A DNA stretch of 64,000 bases from Alphaproteobacteria bacterium UBA6324 (GTDB lineage: Bacteria; Pseudomonadota; Alphaproteobacteria; CAAGCB01; CAG-977), in contig DJSW01000007.1 in assembly GCA_002439085.1 (NCBI GenBank), positions 26,371 through 90,370 on the forward strand, read 5' to 3'. The translations under genes were made by a program, and so were the position numbers. The notes beneath the pieces were generated by a model, which worked only from the letters and a program-made list of their open reading frames with translations, was not told where the DNA came from and searched no databases. Below are positions 28,071-38,017 of this stretch, in pieces; position 1 is the first letter of the stretch, and each line of letters opens with the position of its first letter.

Positions 28071-28253
28071 CTAAGCCTTTTTATTCAAAACGTACTCCAG
28101 CTTTTTGCGCGCCATCATTTTAATCGACAGCATCGGCGTGTTTTTCGGCGCCATAAAGCTGACCTCCGTCCCCGTGGCGGTATGCACGGCAGTGACTTTC
28201 AACGCGTTGCCGACCGCGAACAGCTGCAGCAGGATTTCGTCGTCCTTTTCCAC
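28071..28253 (-). CDS. small hypothetical protein (60 aa)
   Basis: Fills the rpiB / M16-peptidase gap on the same strand. No family recognised. Confidence 0.35.
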   Translation of the reverse strand: MEKDDEILLQLFAVGNALKVTAVHTATGTEVSFMAPKNTPMLSIKMMARKKLEYVLNKKA

Positions 28254-28263
28254 GGCGTCCCCC

Positions 28264-29520
28264 TTATTTCAAACGTTCGACCACCTTGTCGTAATCCATC
28301 ACGCGCTTGACGGGCCCCAAACCGGCCAGCGTCGGTTTTTGCGTAAAGATTTTGTTCGCCAGAGAAACAACGCCGTCCATGGTCGTGTCGGCGATTTTTT
28401 GCAAAATCTCCTCTTTGGACAGCAGCCGCCCGAACGTCAGCAAATGCCCCGCGTTTTGTTCCGAACGCGCCGTAGGATGTTCCAACGCCATCAAAACGCC
28501 GGCTTTCAGCTGAGCTTTCGCGCGCAGGAATTCATCCTCCGTCACGGATTCGCGCACCTTTAAAATCTCGTCGCACACGGCCGGCATCAACTCGGCGGCC
28601 TCTTCCTCGCCCGTTCCGGCGTAAATGCCGAACAGCCCGCCGTTCGTCGCCGCCGCGTTGAACGAATACACGGAATAGACCAATCCCCGCTTTTCGCGAA
28701 TCTCCTGAAACAAGCGCGAAGACATCCCGCCGCCCAAAATCGTGGACAGGACGTGCGCGGTGTAATAATCGTCGCCCGTCACGGAAACGCCGGGGAAACC
28801 CAGCACCAGATTGACCTGCTCCAACGCTTTGACTTCGCGGTGTTCGCCGCCGGCATACACGGCCGCGGGCGCGTCAAATCCCCGCTTGTCGGTCAAATCG
28901 CCGAACGCCCGTTCCACCAGACGCACGAAATCCGCGTGGTTGATCTTTCCGCTGGCGGCGGCGACCATCCGTTTGGGCGTGTAGTTCGTTTTCAAATACG
29001 AATCCAGCGTTTCGCGATCCACGCCCGTCACGGTTTCGACACTGCCCAGAACGGGGCGGCCGACCGGTTGGTCAGGGAAAGCGCGCGCTTGGAAATAATC
29101 GAAAACGATATCGTCCGGCGTGTCGATCGACTGGCTGATTTCCTGCAGAACGACCGTTTTTTCACGGCCGAACTCCTCCGGATCGAACGTGGAACGGCGC
29201 AGCATATCCGCCAGAATGTCAACCGCCAAAGCGGTGTCCTCTTTCAATACTTTGATGTAAAAGGACGTGGTTTCGCGCGACGTGCAGGCGTTGATGTACC
29301 CGCCGACGTTTTCGATTTCTTCGGCGATCTGGCGGGCGGAACGGGTCGTCGTCCCTTTGAACACCATGTGTTCCAGCAAATGCGATATGCCGTTGATTTC
29401 CGCCGGCTCGAACATGGAACCGACGCCGACCCACACGCCCAGCGACACCGTGTCCAGTTCGTTCATCGTGTCGGTGACGACGCGCATTCCGTTTTTCAAA
29501 ACCGTCATTTCCGCGGTCAT
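28264..29520 (-). CDS. M16-family zinc peptidase
   Basis: Inverted zinc motif region is present (..GISHLLEHMVFKGT..). Confidence 0.85.
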   Translation of the reverse strand: MTAEMTVLKNGMRVVTDTMNELDTVSLGVWVGVGSMFEPAEINGISHLLEHMVFKGTTTRSARQIAEEIENVGGYINACTSRETTSFYIKVLKEDTALAVDILADMLRRSTFDPEEFGREKTVVLQEISQSIDTPDDIVFDYFQARAFPDQPVGRPVLGSVETVTGVDRETLDSYLKTNYTPKRMVAAASGKINHADFVRLVERAFGDLTDKRGFDAPAAVYAGGEHREVKALEQVNLVLGFPGVSVTGDDYYTAHVLSTILGGGMSSRLFQEIREKRGLVYSVYSFNAAATNGGLFGIYAGTGEEEAAELMPAVCDEILKVRESVTEDEFLRAKAQLKAGVLMALEHPTARSEQNAGHLLTFGRLLSKEEILQKIADTTMDGVVSLANKIFTQKPTLAGLGPVKRVMDYDKVVERLK

Positions 29521-29525
29521 GGGAA

Positions 29526-30938
29526 TTATCCTTTTCTTCCGGTCGTTTCGATATAGTATTTAATCGCTTCGCGCGTGTTGGGCAACACCGTGAAATTTTC
29601 CCGCCGCGTCATCAAATCGGACAGTCGGGACGGCAAAGCGGGCGTTATTCCCGTCGCTTCGCGCACGGGAACGGGGAATTTGGACGGATGCGCTGTTGCC
29701 AAAACGATGGTCGGCACTTCCTTTTCCCCGAATTTTTCCGCCGCCGCGAAACCGATCGCGGAGTGCGGATCGACGATTTCGCCGCACATCGCATACACGC
29801 GGCCGATTTCCGATTTCGTTTCCGCGTCGGAACAACGGACGCCCGCGAACACCTGTTTGATCTTTTCCAGCGTCGCGGCGGGAACCTGATAGCTTTTTTC
29901 GTATTTGAACGTTTCCATCAAGCGCGACACCTCCGCCGCGTTGCGATCCAACATTTCAAACAGCAAACGTTCGAAATTCGACGACACCTGAATGTCCATG
30001 GACGGGCTGATCGACGGGCGGACTTCGCGTTTTTCCATCACGCCCGTTTCCAAAAACCGCGGCAGGATGTCGTTTTCATTCGACCCCAGAACCAGCCGTT
30101 TGACGGGCAGCCCCATGCGTTTGGCGACATAGCCCGCGAAAATGTTGCCGAAATTCCCCGTCGGAACGGCGAACGACACTTCGCGGTCGGGCGCGCCCAA
30201 CGCCAGCGCGGCGCGGAAATAGTAAACGACTTGCGCCATAATCCGCGCCCAGTTGATCGAATTGACGGCGGACAAGTGGTATTTGGAACGGAAATCCTCG
30301 TCCGAAAACAGCGTTTTGACGATCGACTGGCAATCGTCGAACGTGCCTTCCAGCGCGATGTTGAAAACGTTGGGCGCGATCGTCGTCGTCATCTGGCGGC
30401 GCTGGACTTCGGACACGCGGTTGTGCGGGTGCAAAATGAAAATGTCCAGATTGTCGCAATTTTTGCACGCTTCGATCGCCGCGGAACCCGTGTCGCCGGA
30501 GGTCGCCCCGACGATCGTAATCCGTTCGCCCGTGCGTTTCAAAACCTTGTCGAACATCCGCCCGACAACCTGCAGCGCGTAGTCTTTGAACGCCAGCGTC
30601 GGCCCGTAGAACAGCTCCATCACCCACAGCGCGTCCGCCGCCTGTTTCAACGGAGCGACCGCCGCGTGCGAAAACGAACCGTAAGCGTCCCGCGCGATTT
30701 CCAACAGATCCTGTTCGCTCAGGCATCCGTCCGTAAACGGCGCCATCACTTTCGCCGCCAAACCGGCATAGTCCAGCGACCGCATTTCGCGCATCTGTTC
30801 CGGCGTGAAAACCGGATAGCTTTCCGGCACATACAACCCGCCGTCCGGCGCCAATCCGGCCAGTAAAACATTTTCAAAACCGATAGCGGGCGATTTTCCC
30901 CGCGTGCTGACGTATTTCAAAGGACTCTCCGTTACCAT
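29526..30938 (-). CDS. thrC: threonine synthase
   Basis: Contains ..KYVSTRG.. and PLP-fold motifs (..LFYGPTLAFKD..ATSGDTGSAA..). Confidence 0.9.
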   Translation of the reverse strand: MVTESPLKYVSTRGKSPAIGFENVLLAGLAPDGGLYVPESYPVFTPEQMREMRSLDYAGLAAKVMAPFTDGCLSEQDLLEIARDAYGSFSHAAVAPLKQAADALWVMELFYGPTLAFKDYALQVVGRMFDKVLKRTGERITIVGATSGDTGSAAIEACKNCDNLDIFILHPHNRVSEVQRRQMTTTIAPNVFNIALEGTFDDCQSIVKTLFSDEDFRSKYHLSAVNSINWARIMAQVVYYFRAALALGAPDREVSFAVPTGNFGNIFAGYVAKRMGLPVKRLVLGSNENDILPRFLETGVMEKREVRPSISPSMDIQVSSNFERLLFEMLDRNAAEVSRLMETFKYEKSYQVPAATLEKIKQVFAGVRCSDAETKSEIGRVYAMCGEIVDPHSAIGFAAAEKFGEKEVPTIVLATAHPSKFPVPVREATGITPALPSRLSDLMTRRENFTVLPNTREAIKYYIETTGRKG

Positions 30939-31020
30939 ATGCTTTACATTGTTGTATATACATACAACTTATCTGTATAATTACAACATCAAAGATTTTC
31001 ACAGGTGTGAGGAGATACAC

Positions 31021-31680
31021 ATGGTTTCCAAAAAAATAGCGGTCGTCCTGTCCGGCTGCGGCGTCATGGACGGTTCCGAAATCCACGAAGCCGTCACCGC
31101 CATGCTGGCGATCGAACAACAGGGCGGAACTTATCATTGTTTTGCGCCCGAAGGCGAACAGGCCGCCGTTGTCAACCACGCGACGAAACAACCCGTCAAT
31201 GAAATCCGCAAAATGCCCGCCGAATCCGCCCGCATCGCGCGCGGCGACATTTCCCTGTTGCGGTCGTTCAAAATCGGCGATTACGACGCCGTTTTGTTTC
31301 CGGGGGGAATGGGCGCCGTTTTAAACTTGTGCGATTTCGCGCGCAAAGGCAAAGACTGTTCCGTCAACCCCGATGTCGAACGCGTGATCAGGGAAACGCA
31401 CGCGGCAAAAAAGCCGATCGTCGCCCTGTGCATCGCCCCCGTTTTGATCGCCCGCGTATTAAAAGGCGTAACCGTCACAATCGGCAACGATCCCGAAACA
31501 TCCATGGCGATCAAAGCCATGGGCGGCGTTCCGGAAATCTGTTCCGCCGCGCAGGTGTGCGTTGACAAAGTCAACAAAATCATCACGACCCCGTGCTATA
31601 TGCTGGACAAGAGTTTGAAAGAGGTCGCGCAAAGCACGTCCAACGCCGTTCGCGACCTGATGGCCATGCTGTCGGAATAA
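31021..31680 (+). CDS. elbB: DJ-1/PfpI-family protein ElbB (glyoxalase-like)
   Basis: Begins MVSKKIAVVLSGCGVMDGSEIHEAV.. and contains ..DAVLFPGGMGAV.. plus the Cys nucleophile region (..ALCIAPVL..). Confidence 0.8.
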   Translation: MVSKKIAVVLSGCGVMDGSEIHEAVTAMLAIEQQGGTYHCFAPEGEQAAVVNHATKQPVNEIRKMPAESARIARGDISLLRSFKIGDYDAVLFPGGMGAVLNLCDFARKGKDCSVNPDVERVIRETHAAKKPIVALCIAPVLIARVLKGVTVTIGNDPETSMAIKAMGGVPEICSAAQVCVDKVNKIITTPCYMLDKSLKEVAQSTSNAVRDLMAMLSE

Positions 31681-31696
31681 AGCGTTTTTCACAGAT

Positions 31697-31737
31697 ACAA
31701 AAACGGGTCGCAATTTCTTGCGACCCGTTTTTTTTTG
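31697..31737. terminator. bidirectional intrinsic terminator (elbB / rpsI)
   Basis: AAAAACGGGTCGCAATTTCTTGCGACCCGTTTTTTTTT. Confidence 0.7.
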
Positions 31738-31749
31738 AACACCGTCCGA

Positions 31750-32232
31750 TTAACGTTTCGAGAACTGGTAGCTGCGGCGGGCTTTCGCTTTGCCGTATTT
31801 TTTACGTTCAACGACACGCGGATCGCGGGTCAGGAAACCGGCGCGTTTCAACGCGGTGTGCAATTCCGGTTCAAAATTGTCCAAGCAACGGCTCAACCCG
31901 TGACGGACGGCACCGGCCTGACCGGACAAACCGCCGCCCGTGACCGTAACGACAACGTCGAACTGGCCGACGCGGTTCGTCACTTCAAACGGCTGGTTGA
32001 TGATCATGCGCAAAACGGGACGGGAGAAGTATTTTTCAACGTCCACGCCGTTGATCGTCATTTTGCCGGATCCCATTTTGATCCAAACGCGGGCGCTGGC
32101 GTCTTTGCGGCGACCCGTCGCATAAGCGCGGCCGAATTTGTCTTTCTTCGGTTCACGAACGACAACCGTTTCGGCAACGGGAGCCGCGGCCGTCGCGGCC
32201 ATTTCTTTTTTCAGATCTTCTAAGCCAGCCAT
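31750..32232 (-). CDS. rpsI: 30S ribosomal protein S9
   Basis: C-terminus ..[18 protein letters not shown]. Confidence 0.95.
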   Translation of the reverse strand: MAGLEDLKKEMAATAAAPVAETVVVREPKKDKFGRAYATGRRKDASARVWIKMGSGKMTINGVDVEKYFSRPVLRMIINQPFEVTNRVGQFDVVVTVTGGGLSGQAGAVRHGLSRCLDNFEPELHTALKRAGFLTRDPRVVERKKYGKAKARRSYQFSKR

Positions 32233-32235
32233 GGA

Positions 32236-32697
32236 TTATTTCCTCTTATTCTTCGGGTTCAAAGCGGCGACATCCAGAACTTCGGGGTTCTGGGCGGCGT
32301 GCGGGTGTTCGGCGCCGGCGTAAACGCGCAGGTTCGTCATCTGTTTGCGCCCCAGCGGGTTGCGGGTGATCATGCGTTCAACGGCTTTGATGATCACGCG
32401 TTCGGGATGTTCGCCCGCGATGACTTTGCCGGCCGTGACGCTCTTGATGCCGCCCGGATGGCCGGTGTGGCGATAGTACACTTTGTCTTCCAGCTTTTTG
32501 CCGGTCAGATGCACTTTTTCGGCGTTGATGATGACGACGCAGTCGCCGCAATCAACGTGCGGAGTGAAACAGGTTTTGTGCTTGCCGCGCAAAATCTTGG
32601 CGACAATGCTGGCCAAACGTCCCAAGACCAAATCTTCGGCATCGATCAGATACCATTTCTTTTGGACTTCAGACGGCTTAACGGATAAGGTCTGCAT
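32236..32697 (-). CDS. rplM: 50S ribosomal protein L13
   Basis: Begins [41 protein letters not shown].. Confidence 0.95.
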   Translation of the reverse strand: MQTLSVKPSEVQKKWYLIDAEDLVLGRLASIVAKILRGKHKTCFTPHVDCGDCVVIINAEKVHLTGKKLEDKVYYRHTGHPGGIKSVTAGKVIAGEHPERVIIKAVERMITRNPLGRKQMTNLRVYAGAEHPHAAQNPEVLDVAALNPKNKRK

Positions 32698-32951
32698 TTA
32701 GTTTTGTTCCTTACAATTACAGTTTAAAAACTGCGGTTAAGGTATAACGCCCGCCGGAATAAGTCAACATTTTTTATCACAAAAAAATCTATGAAATTCA
32801 ATATGTTGCAAAGTTGGTATTATTTTACCCACTCACCTTCCCTTTGAAATCGCGCCGTTCGCGCGAAATCCGGCGAAACGGAAAAACGTTTCTTTCCGCG
32901 CCGCGATCATTTATACTGGCGCGCAGTGAATTATTATATAAGGAGTCGTCC

Positions 32952-33848
32952 ATGTCCCTGCGCACCGCCGTGCTGATCCCCTGCTATAACGAAGAAGCCA
33001 CCGTCGCCGATGTCGTCGCCATGGCGCGCAAGGCTTTGCCCAACGCGGCGGTTTACGTTTACGACAACAACTCGACGGACAAAACGGCCGAGCTGGCCGC
33101 GCGGGCGGGGGCGATCGTGCGCGCCGTCCCCCAGCAGGGCAAAGGCAGCGTCGTGCGCCGGATGTTCGCGGACATCGACGCGGACGTGTACGTCATGACG
33201 GACGGGGACATGACTTACGACCTGACCGCCGCCCCGCGCCTGATCGACACGTTGATCAAAGGGCAAAAGGATATGGTCGTCGGCACGCGCAGGGAAACGG
33301 AGCAGGCCGCCTATCCTCTGTTTCACCGATTCGGCAACGCTTTTCTGACGGGATTGGTGCGTTTCCTGTTCGGCATCCGGCAAACGGATATGCTGTCGGG
33401 GCTGCGCGTTTTTTCCAAACGCTACGTCAAAACGTTTTCCGCACGGTCAAACGGGTTTGAAATCGAAACGGAACTGAACGTTTTCACCGCGATGAACAAC
33501 CTGCCGTTCGCCGAAGTCGAAACCGACTATTTCGCCCGACCGGAGGGATCGTTCCGCAAACTTTCCACGTTCAAAGACGGATTCAAAATCGCGTGGATGA
33601 TCGCCCGCCTGATCATGTCGGAACGCCCCGCCCTGTTTTACGGCGCGCTGGCGTTTTTATCGCTGGCCGCGACGTTCGTCCTTGAATTTTTAATGCCGGA
33701 CATCGCCTTTCCCGCCGGATTGTGGCTGTTCTGCGGATTCTGGTTTTTCCTGTTTTGCGCCGTTTTGCGCGACGGCCAGCTGAAAAACCGGCGCGAATCC
33801 GTGCGACTGGCCTATCTGGCGCACCCGTTCGCCGCCGGACAGGATTAA
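32952..33848 (+). CDS. family-2 glycosyltransferase with C-terminal membrane anchor
   Basis: Contains ..AVLIPCYNEEATVADVV.. and ..YVMTDGDMTYD.. (DXD). C-terminal transmembrane helices are present. Confidence 0.8.
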   Translation: MSLRTAVLIPCYNEEATVADVVAMARKALPNAAVYVYDNNSTDKTAELAARAGAIVRAVPQQGKGSVVRRMFADIDADVYVMTDGDMTYDLTAAPRLIDTLIKGQKDMVVGTRRETEQAAYPLFHRFGNAFLTGLVRFLFGIRQTDMLSGLRVFSKRYVKTFSARSNGFEIETELNVFTAMNNLPFAEVETDYFARPEGSFRKLSTFKDGFKIAWMIARLIMSERPALFYGALAFLSLAATFVLEFLMPDIAFPAGLWLFCGFWFFLFCAVLRDGQLKNRRESVRLAYLAHPFAAGQD

Positions 33849-33887
33849 GGTTGATTTTTCAAACGATATAAGCCATAGTCTATTGCC

Positions 33888-35222
33888 ATGAACACGCAAA
33901 ACGAAACATATTCCGCCCCCGCTTTCGCGGACTTTTCCTTTGATCGGGAAAGGGACATCCCGTTCGGCGTCCCCATTCACATCGAATTGGACGACAACGG
34001 CGGCGTGGTCGAATTGCGTTCGTTTTACGAAGCGGGCGTTTTCGCCGCCGGCGAATTGAAAGCGTGGCACGACATCATCGGATCGGAAACGTCCGACAAA
34101 CCGTTCATCCAGAAAATCATCGACTTTCAGCTGCAAACGCCGCGGTCGATCCTGAACGCCGCCCGTTCCGTTTTGAACACGGAAATGTCCGCGGCCGAGG
34201 GTTTTTCCATCATCCGCAAGGATTTAAACGCCTATTTAGGGTTCAAGTGCATCCATTCGCAAGGCACGCTGGGACAGATGGCGACGATCATGTATCGCTA
34301 CGAACCGATGCTGATGGGCATACTGGCCGGCGCGACGGGCGCGGCGCCCCTGACGGACGCGGCCGGCTTCGGCACGTCGGCCGACGCGGAAAGCTTCACG
34401 TTCGGGTACGCTTTCACCCTGCAATTCAGAACGAATGTCCAACCGGAAATGCTTGACGGCAAAGTGTCGGAAACCCTGCGCAAAATCAACGGCATCATCC
34501 GCCGCGTCGAATTGGCGGAAAAGCAGATCAAACCGATTGAAAGCGAACACTTTGCCCTGCAACAAGGGATTGAAGAGGCGCGCCGCCAGCTGCAGATGTA
34601 CCGCAACGACGTCGCGCAATACGTTTCCCAACTGGTGGCCGAAATCAAACAAACGTCGGACAGCGCGGTCGGCGCGATGTGGGATCAGCTGAACCTGATT
34701 CAAAACGACCACGAACGCCAGCTGGCCGCTTTGCGTCAAAGCGTCGCCAGCCGCATCCGTTACGGCACGGCGTTGGATTATTGGAACGACCAGCTGAACC
34801 AGAATCAGACCAAAGCCAACCAGATGACGGGTTGGTACGTCATTTCCGGCCTGTTTTCGATCACGGCCGTTTTGGCGATCGTCGCGGGCATTTCGTTTAA
34901 AATGCCGAACATCTCGACGTTTATGAGCATCGTCACGCTGGGATTGCCGATTGCGATCGCCTGCGGGTTGCTGTTCATGTTGCTTCAGACGCGCACCCGT
35001 TATGAAAAGGTCGCCGTGCAGGCGCAGGAAAAGGTGTCGATGCTGGAAACGCTGGCGGCGTTGGAAACCGAAGGCAAAGCGAAGGATGAAGACCGCGAGG
35101 GCATATTGGAAAACATTTTCCAAACCAGCTTTGCCCCGCAACCGGCCGCCCCCGCCCATTCCGCCGCGACCGCGACACCCTCCCCCGCCGCCGAAACCGC
35201 CGAACAAAACGACCGGCCGTAA
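33888..35222 (+). CDS. hypothetical protein (444 aa): N-terminal globular region, coiled coil, two C-terminal transmembrane helices, Ala/Pro-rich tail
   Basis: No recognised domain. Two hydrophobic helices lie at about residues 320-365. Confidence 0.6.
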   Translation: MNTQNETYSAPAFADFSFDRERDIPFGVPIHIELDDNGGVVELRSFYEAGVFAAGELKAWHDIIGSETSDKPFIQKIIDFQLQTPRSILNAARSVLNTEMSAAEGFSIIRKDLNAYLGFKCIHSQGTLGQMATIMYRYEPMLMGILAGATGAAPLTDAAGFGTSADAESFTFGYAFTLQFRTNVQPEMLDGKVSETLRKINGIIRRVELAEKQIKPIESEHFALQQGIEEARRQLQMYRNDVAQYVSQLVAEIKQTSDSAVGAMWDQLNLIQNDHERQLAALRQSVASRIRYGTALDYWNDQLNQNQTKANQMTGWYVISGLFSITAVLAIVAGISFKMPNISTFMSIVTLGLPIAIACGLLFMLLQTRTRYEKVAVQAQEKVSMLETLAALETEGKAKDEDREGILENIFQTSFAPQPAAPAHSAATATPSPAAETAEQNDRP

Positions 35223-35267
35223 CCGTTTTCCGGCCGCGCTGTTTGCACTAACCGCAAAAAGCGAAGA

Positions 35268-36677
35268 TCATTTCCACTTTCTTTTCAAAAAAGCGGTGGC
35301 CGGTTTTTCGACATATTTATGAACGAACACGCCCAGCACCCAAGACAGCAAGACCGTCCCCGCTATAACAAAACCGTTGTGTTGTTGCAAAAATGAAAAC
35401 CGTTTGTACCAATGCAGCACGACATCCATTTCCAAAAACCAGTGCGTCATGTAAATAGCAAAGGAACAAGCGGATATTTTCGCAAAAAACGGGCGGTTGA
35501 AAAATCGTGAAACTGCGCCCTGCTTCATACCGAACAACAAAATCAGTCCAGCGAAACAGACGACGGCGAAAATCTTGTTTTCCGGACACGCGCCTTTTAC
35601 AAACACGATGGCGGCGGCATAAAGCGTCAACGCGATTTCCGCAATTGTGCAAAACAATGCGTTCGCCGGTTTTCGTTTTTGAAATGCCAGATAAAGCGAC
35701 GCCGTAAAATACCCCAATCCAATTCCGGCGACACCGCGCAGCAAACGAACGGAAAAAACACCGCCGATCATGCCGTCCCAACCGAAATGGCGACAGGCGG
35801 CATAGGAAAAGAACGTCAGCAACGCGAAAATCAAACGGTTGGATTGGATGTTGCAAATTTTCATCATGTAAAAATAAAACAGGGACACCCAGAACAAAAC
35901 CGCCAAAAACCAGCTTTGCGGCGGCACAACATCATCCGACAATCCCGTGCTTTGCAAAAACAAAACATTTGAAACCACGGGGACAAGCTTGGCTTTCCCC
36001 AAAAAAGCGCACAACAGCAGCAACGGCACGAAATGTATGATTTTCGATTTGGCGAAATCGAACGTCGTTCTGGCCGGATCAAACGTCAACATCATAAAAA
36101 AGCCGGATAAAATGAAAAAGAATTCAACCCCCAGTCAACCTTCGTTAACGATATCCAGTCTTTCCGTCAAATGATAAACGACGATCCCGAACGTGAAAAC
36201 CAAACGCAGAAATTCCATGTTCATCATCGCCGGAACCTTGTCATCAAACGGCCTTACGCCATTCACAACCGTGTGCCACAGGCAAAAATACAAAAATCCC
36301 AGCAGCAGAAAAACTTTAAAATCGAAATGCGCGGCGGGTTTGAACGTTTGCGAAGACAGCGCGCTCATATCGCGAAAAACGCTTTTTTTATCACCGGCGA
36401 TTTTAACGTTTGCGATTTGCGTCCCTGCCGGCGGCGACAAATTCAGCTCCGTCATTTCATCCGCCCATATTCGCGCGGACGCCCTGCCGTTTTTGACTAT
36501 CCGCGCAGACGCGGAACGAACCGTTCCCGCCGCGTCTTTGTATGAAATGGCGATTTTTCCGTTTTCAGCCGTTGTTTCGACCGCGATTTTAAACATCGCG
36601 TCCAAAAACAAACAACGCGTAAAAAACAGCGTCGCCGCCGTCAGAAAAAGGATGAAAAACCTCTTTGATCCGGACAT
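35268..36677 (-). pseudogene. acyltransferase family 3 (OafA-like) gene interrupted by an in-frame TGA (36135-36137), with an N-terminal 130-aa signal-peptide extension
   Basis: ORFs 36135-36677 and 35268-36095 share one frame. Read-through gives ..FLRLVFTFGIVVYHLTERLDIVNEG*LGVEFFFILSGFFM.., the Acyl_transf_3 core. GC is about 45%. Confidence 0.6.
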
Positions 36678-36689
36678 ATTCCCCTCCCG

Positions 36690-36870
36690 TAAAACCGCCT
36701 GAAATCAGGCGGATCGGGGAGTTGAAAATCATACCGTGAAAATGACCGATCGACCTTTAAAGCCGTACGATAAAAAATCGGGGCTTCTGAACATACGTCA
36801 AGCCCTCCCCGATCCATGGGAATCAGGGATATAATGCCGTCCCGCCATATGCGAAACGGATTGTACGGCG
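36690..36870 (-). promoter_or_regulatory. structured leader element copy B (P1 helix GGAUCGGGGAG/CUCCCCGAUCC, then terminator hairpin CCGCCUGAUUUCAGGCGG-UUUU) 15 nt upstream of the RBS and start of the acyltransferase gene
   Basis: Homologous to 10776-10960. Confidence 0.45.
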
Positions 36871-37159
36871 CTTATATCAAACACCGCTCACAGTAAGAGC
36901 TTTCTACGGCTCCGCGCCCGCCAAGGCGCTGTTGCGGACGAACAATTCATCCGCAATTAACGGCAGGTTACGGAATTTTTCGATCAAATGCAATCGCAAA
37001 AACCGCCTGAACCGGCAAGCGAACATATTGTCCGCTTTTTCATTTGACTCGGCGGGCGGGGTTTGTTATGGTTGATTTTGTAATTTTTCAGCAGTCCTGT
37101 TAACGGCTGCAAATCCTGAGGTCACCGTTCGGTGGCCTTAGTTGTATTCGGAGAGTGTC

Positions 37160-38017
37160 TTGGTCAAAATCTGCTACATTGACGAATCCGGCGATTTGGG
37201 CACCCTGCCCGTCGAATCCAATCCCGACGGAAACCACCAGCCCGTTTTGGCCATTGCGGGCATTTTCGCCGATCACGAGGATTTGTACAATCTGACGCAC
37301 GATTTCATCAAGCTGAAATACCGTTACTACCCCGGATTGAACTATCCGACGGACAAATTCCTTGACCGCATCATCCCCGAAATCAAAGGCGCCGACCTGC
37401 GCCGCAACGCCATGCGCGGCAGCAAGCGGATCAAGCGTCACGCCATCGGTTTTCTGGACAGAATCGTCGATCTGTTTTACAAATACGACATCCGCATCGT
37501 CGGCCGCATCTGGGTGAAAATCCCCGGCCAGCCTTTTAACGGCAAAGCGGTTTACACCTCGTCGATCCAAAGCATCTACACCTATTTCGACAACTATTTG
37601 CAGCAAAAGCAGGATTACGGCGTCGTCATCGCGGACAGTCGGGATTACATGAAAAACATCAACCTGTCGCATTCCGTTTTCACGCAGAAATTCCGCCATT
37701 TGTACCCGCTGTACCAAAACATCGTCGAAATGCCGTGTTTCGGGCACAGCAACAATCTGGCCGGATTGCAGCTGTGCGACATCCTGTGTTCCGCGTTTCT
37801 GTTCCCGATCGCCAGCTGGGTTTATTGTTCCGACATCGTGCACAACGTCCACGTCCAACCCGCCGCGGTCGAACTGCGCGACCGTTACGGCCACCGTTTG
37901 CGCGAACTGCAGCACCGCTTTGTCACCAAGGACGGCTTCAATATGGGCGGCATCGTCGTTTCCGATCCGATCCGGAAACAAAACGCCGTCGCCATGTTCA
38001 AGGACGTTGCGAAGTAA
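37160..38017 (+). CDS. DUF3800-family protein
   Basis: The N-terminal motif VKICYIDESGDLG is the DUF3800 signature. A TTG start at 37160 follows the GGAGAG RBS. The track ORF begins at 37142. Confidence 0.65.
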   Translation: MVKICYIDESGDLGTLPVESNPDGNHQPVLAIAGIFADHEDLYNLTHDFIKLKYRYYPGLNYPTDKFLDRIIPEIKGADLRRNAMRGSKRIKRHAIGFLDRIVDLFYKYDIRIVGRIWVKIPGQPFNGKAVYTSSIQSIYTYFDNYLQQKQDYGVVIADSRDYMKNINLSHSVFTQKFRHLYPLYQNIVEMPCFGHSNNLAGLQLCDILCSAFLFPIASWVYCSDIVHNVHVQPAAVELRDRYGHRLRELQHRFVTKDGFNMGGIVVSDPIRKQNAVAMFKDVAK

